Assembly: GCF_001194135.2 (NCBI RefSeq) | Contig: NC_068982.1 | Span: 128,351,307-128,415,306 of the forward strand | Direction of reading: 5' to 3' | DNA length: 64,000 bases | Source: Octopus bimaculoides | Lineage: Eukaryota | Part shown: in pieces, positions 63,701 to 64,000 of the stretch | Layout: every line of letters begins with the position of its first letter | How positions within the stretch are numbered: position 1 is the first letter of the stretch | Program-made: the position numbers and the translations under genes | The notes under the pieces: model-generated | What the model saw: the letters and a program-made list of their open reading frames with translations, nothing else | Told to the model about the DNA's origin: nothing | The model's database searches: none

Positions 63701-64000
63701 CATCATCAGTTAATGTCTGCTTTTCATGCTGGCAAGGACTGCACAGTTTGACAGGAGCCTCCAATCCAGAAACCTGCACCAAGGTCTCTCTCTCTGTCTC
63801 TCTCTCTCTCTCTCTCTGTCAGTATCAGCCAGTCCACTTATGCGTACCTTCCTTCGTTGGACACTAAACTCCACTTGCGAAGACCAGTTGAGGCAAGTGA
63901 AATTGAAATCGAAATCGAATTAAATTCGATGACTGGTACCCATGCCAACGTCGTCTCCTTCATTGGACACGAAACTTGGCTAGCGAAGACCTGTTGGGGC

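Overview
Eukaryotic, AT-rich draft-assembly DNA with nine N-gaps and very dense (CA)n/(CT)n/(AT)n/(GAT)n/(AAT)n microsatellites. The repeat repertoire (tRNA-head SINEs, Meta-domain-like SINEs, (GAT)n-tailed RTE 3' ends) fits an octopus/coleoid cephalopod genome (inference). The window is mostly intronic or intergenic transposon debris. It holds a near full-length fossil Helitron RepHel (~43.9-49.9 kb, cut by eight younger insertions), a second internally deleted Helitron, a near full-length pogo/Tigger element, three mariner remnants, a Ty3/Gypsy pol fragment, CR1, RTE and R4/Dong LINE 3' ends, and several MITEs (hAT with 8-bp TSD, piggyBac-type TTAA, Tc1/mariner-type TA). No complete host gene, rRNA, true tRNA gene or CRISPR array is supportable. 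A few isolated exon candidates exist, the best at 26281-26412. Most supplied ORFs are artefacts of N-gaps, microsatellites or decayed TEs. The most interesting signal is a recurring module of minimal hammerhead-ribozyme motifs with palindromic helix III, sitting in or beside long inverted repeats and often next to (TA)n tracts. Two cores are intact (999-1057 +, 40721-40763 -) and several are decayed. This suggests non-autonomous Penelope-like or retrozyme-like elements. All protein and family assignments come from manual translation and recalled family motifs, not database searches.
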